64,000 nucleotides of DNA from Octopus bimaculoides. Lineage: Eukaryota. The DNA lies in assembly GCF_001194135.2 (NCBI RefSeq), contig NC_068983.1:101979416-102043415 (forward strand). Reading direction: 5' to 3'. Below the pieces are notes generated by a model, which searched no databases, was not told where the DNA came from, and worked only from the letters and a program-made list of their open reading frames with translations. Both the position numbers and the translations under genes were made by a program. The number at the start of each line of letters is the position of its first letter. The first letter of the stretch is position 1. Shown one piece after another: positions 63,480 through 64,000 of the stretch.

Positions 63480-64000
63480 TCATCATCATCATCATCGTCG
63501 TCCTTTAGCATCTACTTTCCATGTTGGCAATGGGTTGGATGGCTTGACTAAGAGCTGGTGAGTCAGAAGGCTGCACCAGGCTCCAATCTGATGTGGCAAA
63601 GTTTCTACAACTGGATGCCCTTCCTAATGCCAACCACTCTGAGAGTGTAGCGAGTGCTTTAACATGGCACCGGCACGAGGGCAAGTCAGGCGATACTGGC
63701 ATCGACCATGCTCAAATGCTTTTTACCTGCACAGGAGCCAGCCAGGCTGCACTGGCAACGATCACACTCGAATGGTGCTTTTAACATTCCACTGGCACGG
63801 GTGCCAGTCAGGAAGTACTGTCATCGGCCACAAGAACGATTTCACTTGCCTCAACAGGTCTTCGCAAGCGGAGATTATTGCCCAATGTTTGAAGGGTACT
63901 CTTAAATGGGCTGGTTATGCAGCACTGGCTTAGGCCACGGTTACAGTCTCACTTGGCTTGCCAGGTCTTCTCAAGCACAGCATATCTCCAAAAGTCTCGG
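63480..64000 (-). mobile_element. 3' end of an RTE LINE running off the window
   Basis: Minus strand RDFWRYAVLEKTWQAK*, then a long 3' UTR and (GAT/GAC)n tail. Confidence 0.85.

Overview
AT-rich, microsatellite-dense eukaryotic genomic DNA, mostly intronic or intergenic, with nine N-gaps (4099-4727, 9978-10087, 11887-12698, 14130-14139, 34357-34707, 37110-37443, 49862-49922, 50731-51372, 53543-53901). The repeat repertoire resembles an octopod cephalopod genome (inference from memory of these repeats, not a database result). No rRNA, tRNA gene, CRISPR array or intact multi-exon gene can be supported. Retroelements: at least five degenerate copies of one RTE-clade LINE family whose reverse transcriptase carries an inserted PHD-type (C4HC3) zinc finger, plus many 3'-UTR fragments of it; a young BovB-like RTE insertion with an 18-bp target-site duplication; other RTE, R4/Dong-like (restriction-like endonuclease) and CR1/L2-like fragments; and three tRNA-derived SINE families. 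DNA transposons: four mariner copies, a pogo-like element and a TTAA-flanked piggyBac-type MITE family. Also present are several long palindromic (fold-back) elements embedded in (TA)n tracts, some with degenerate hammerhead-ribozyme cores typical of Penelope-like elements, and a few isolated exon candidates, the best being a 93-nt minus-strand exon at 3864-3956. Repeat boundaries are approximate and were read by eye.
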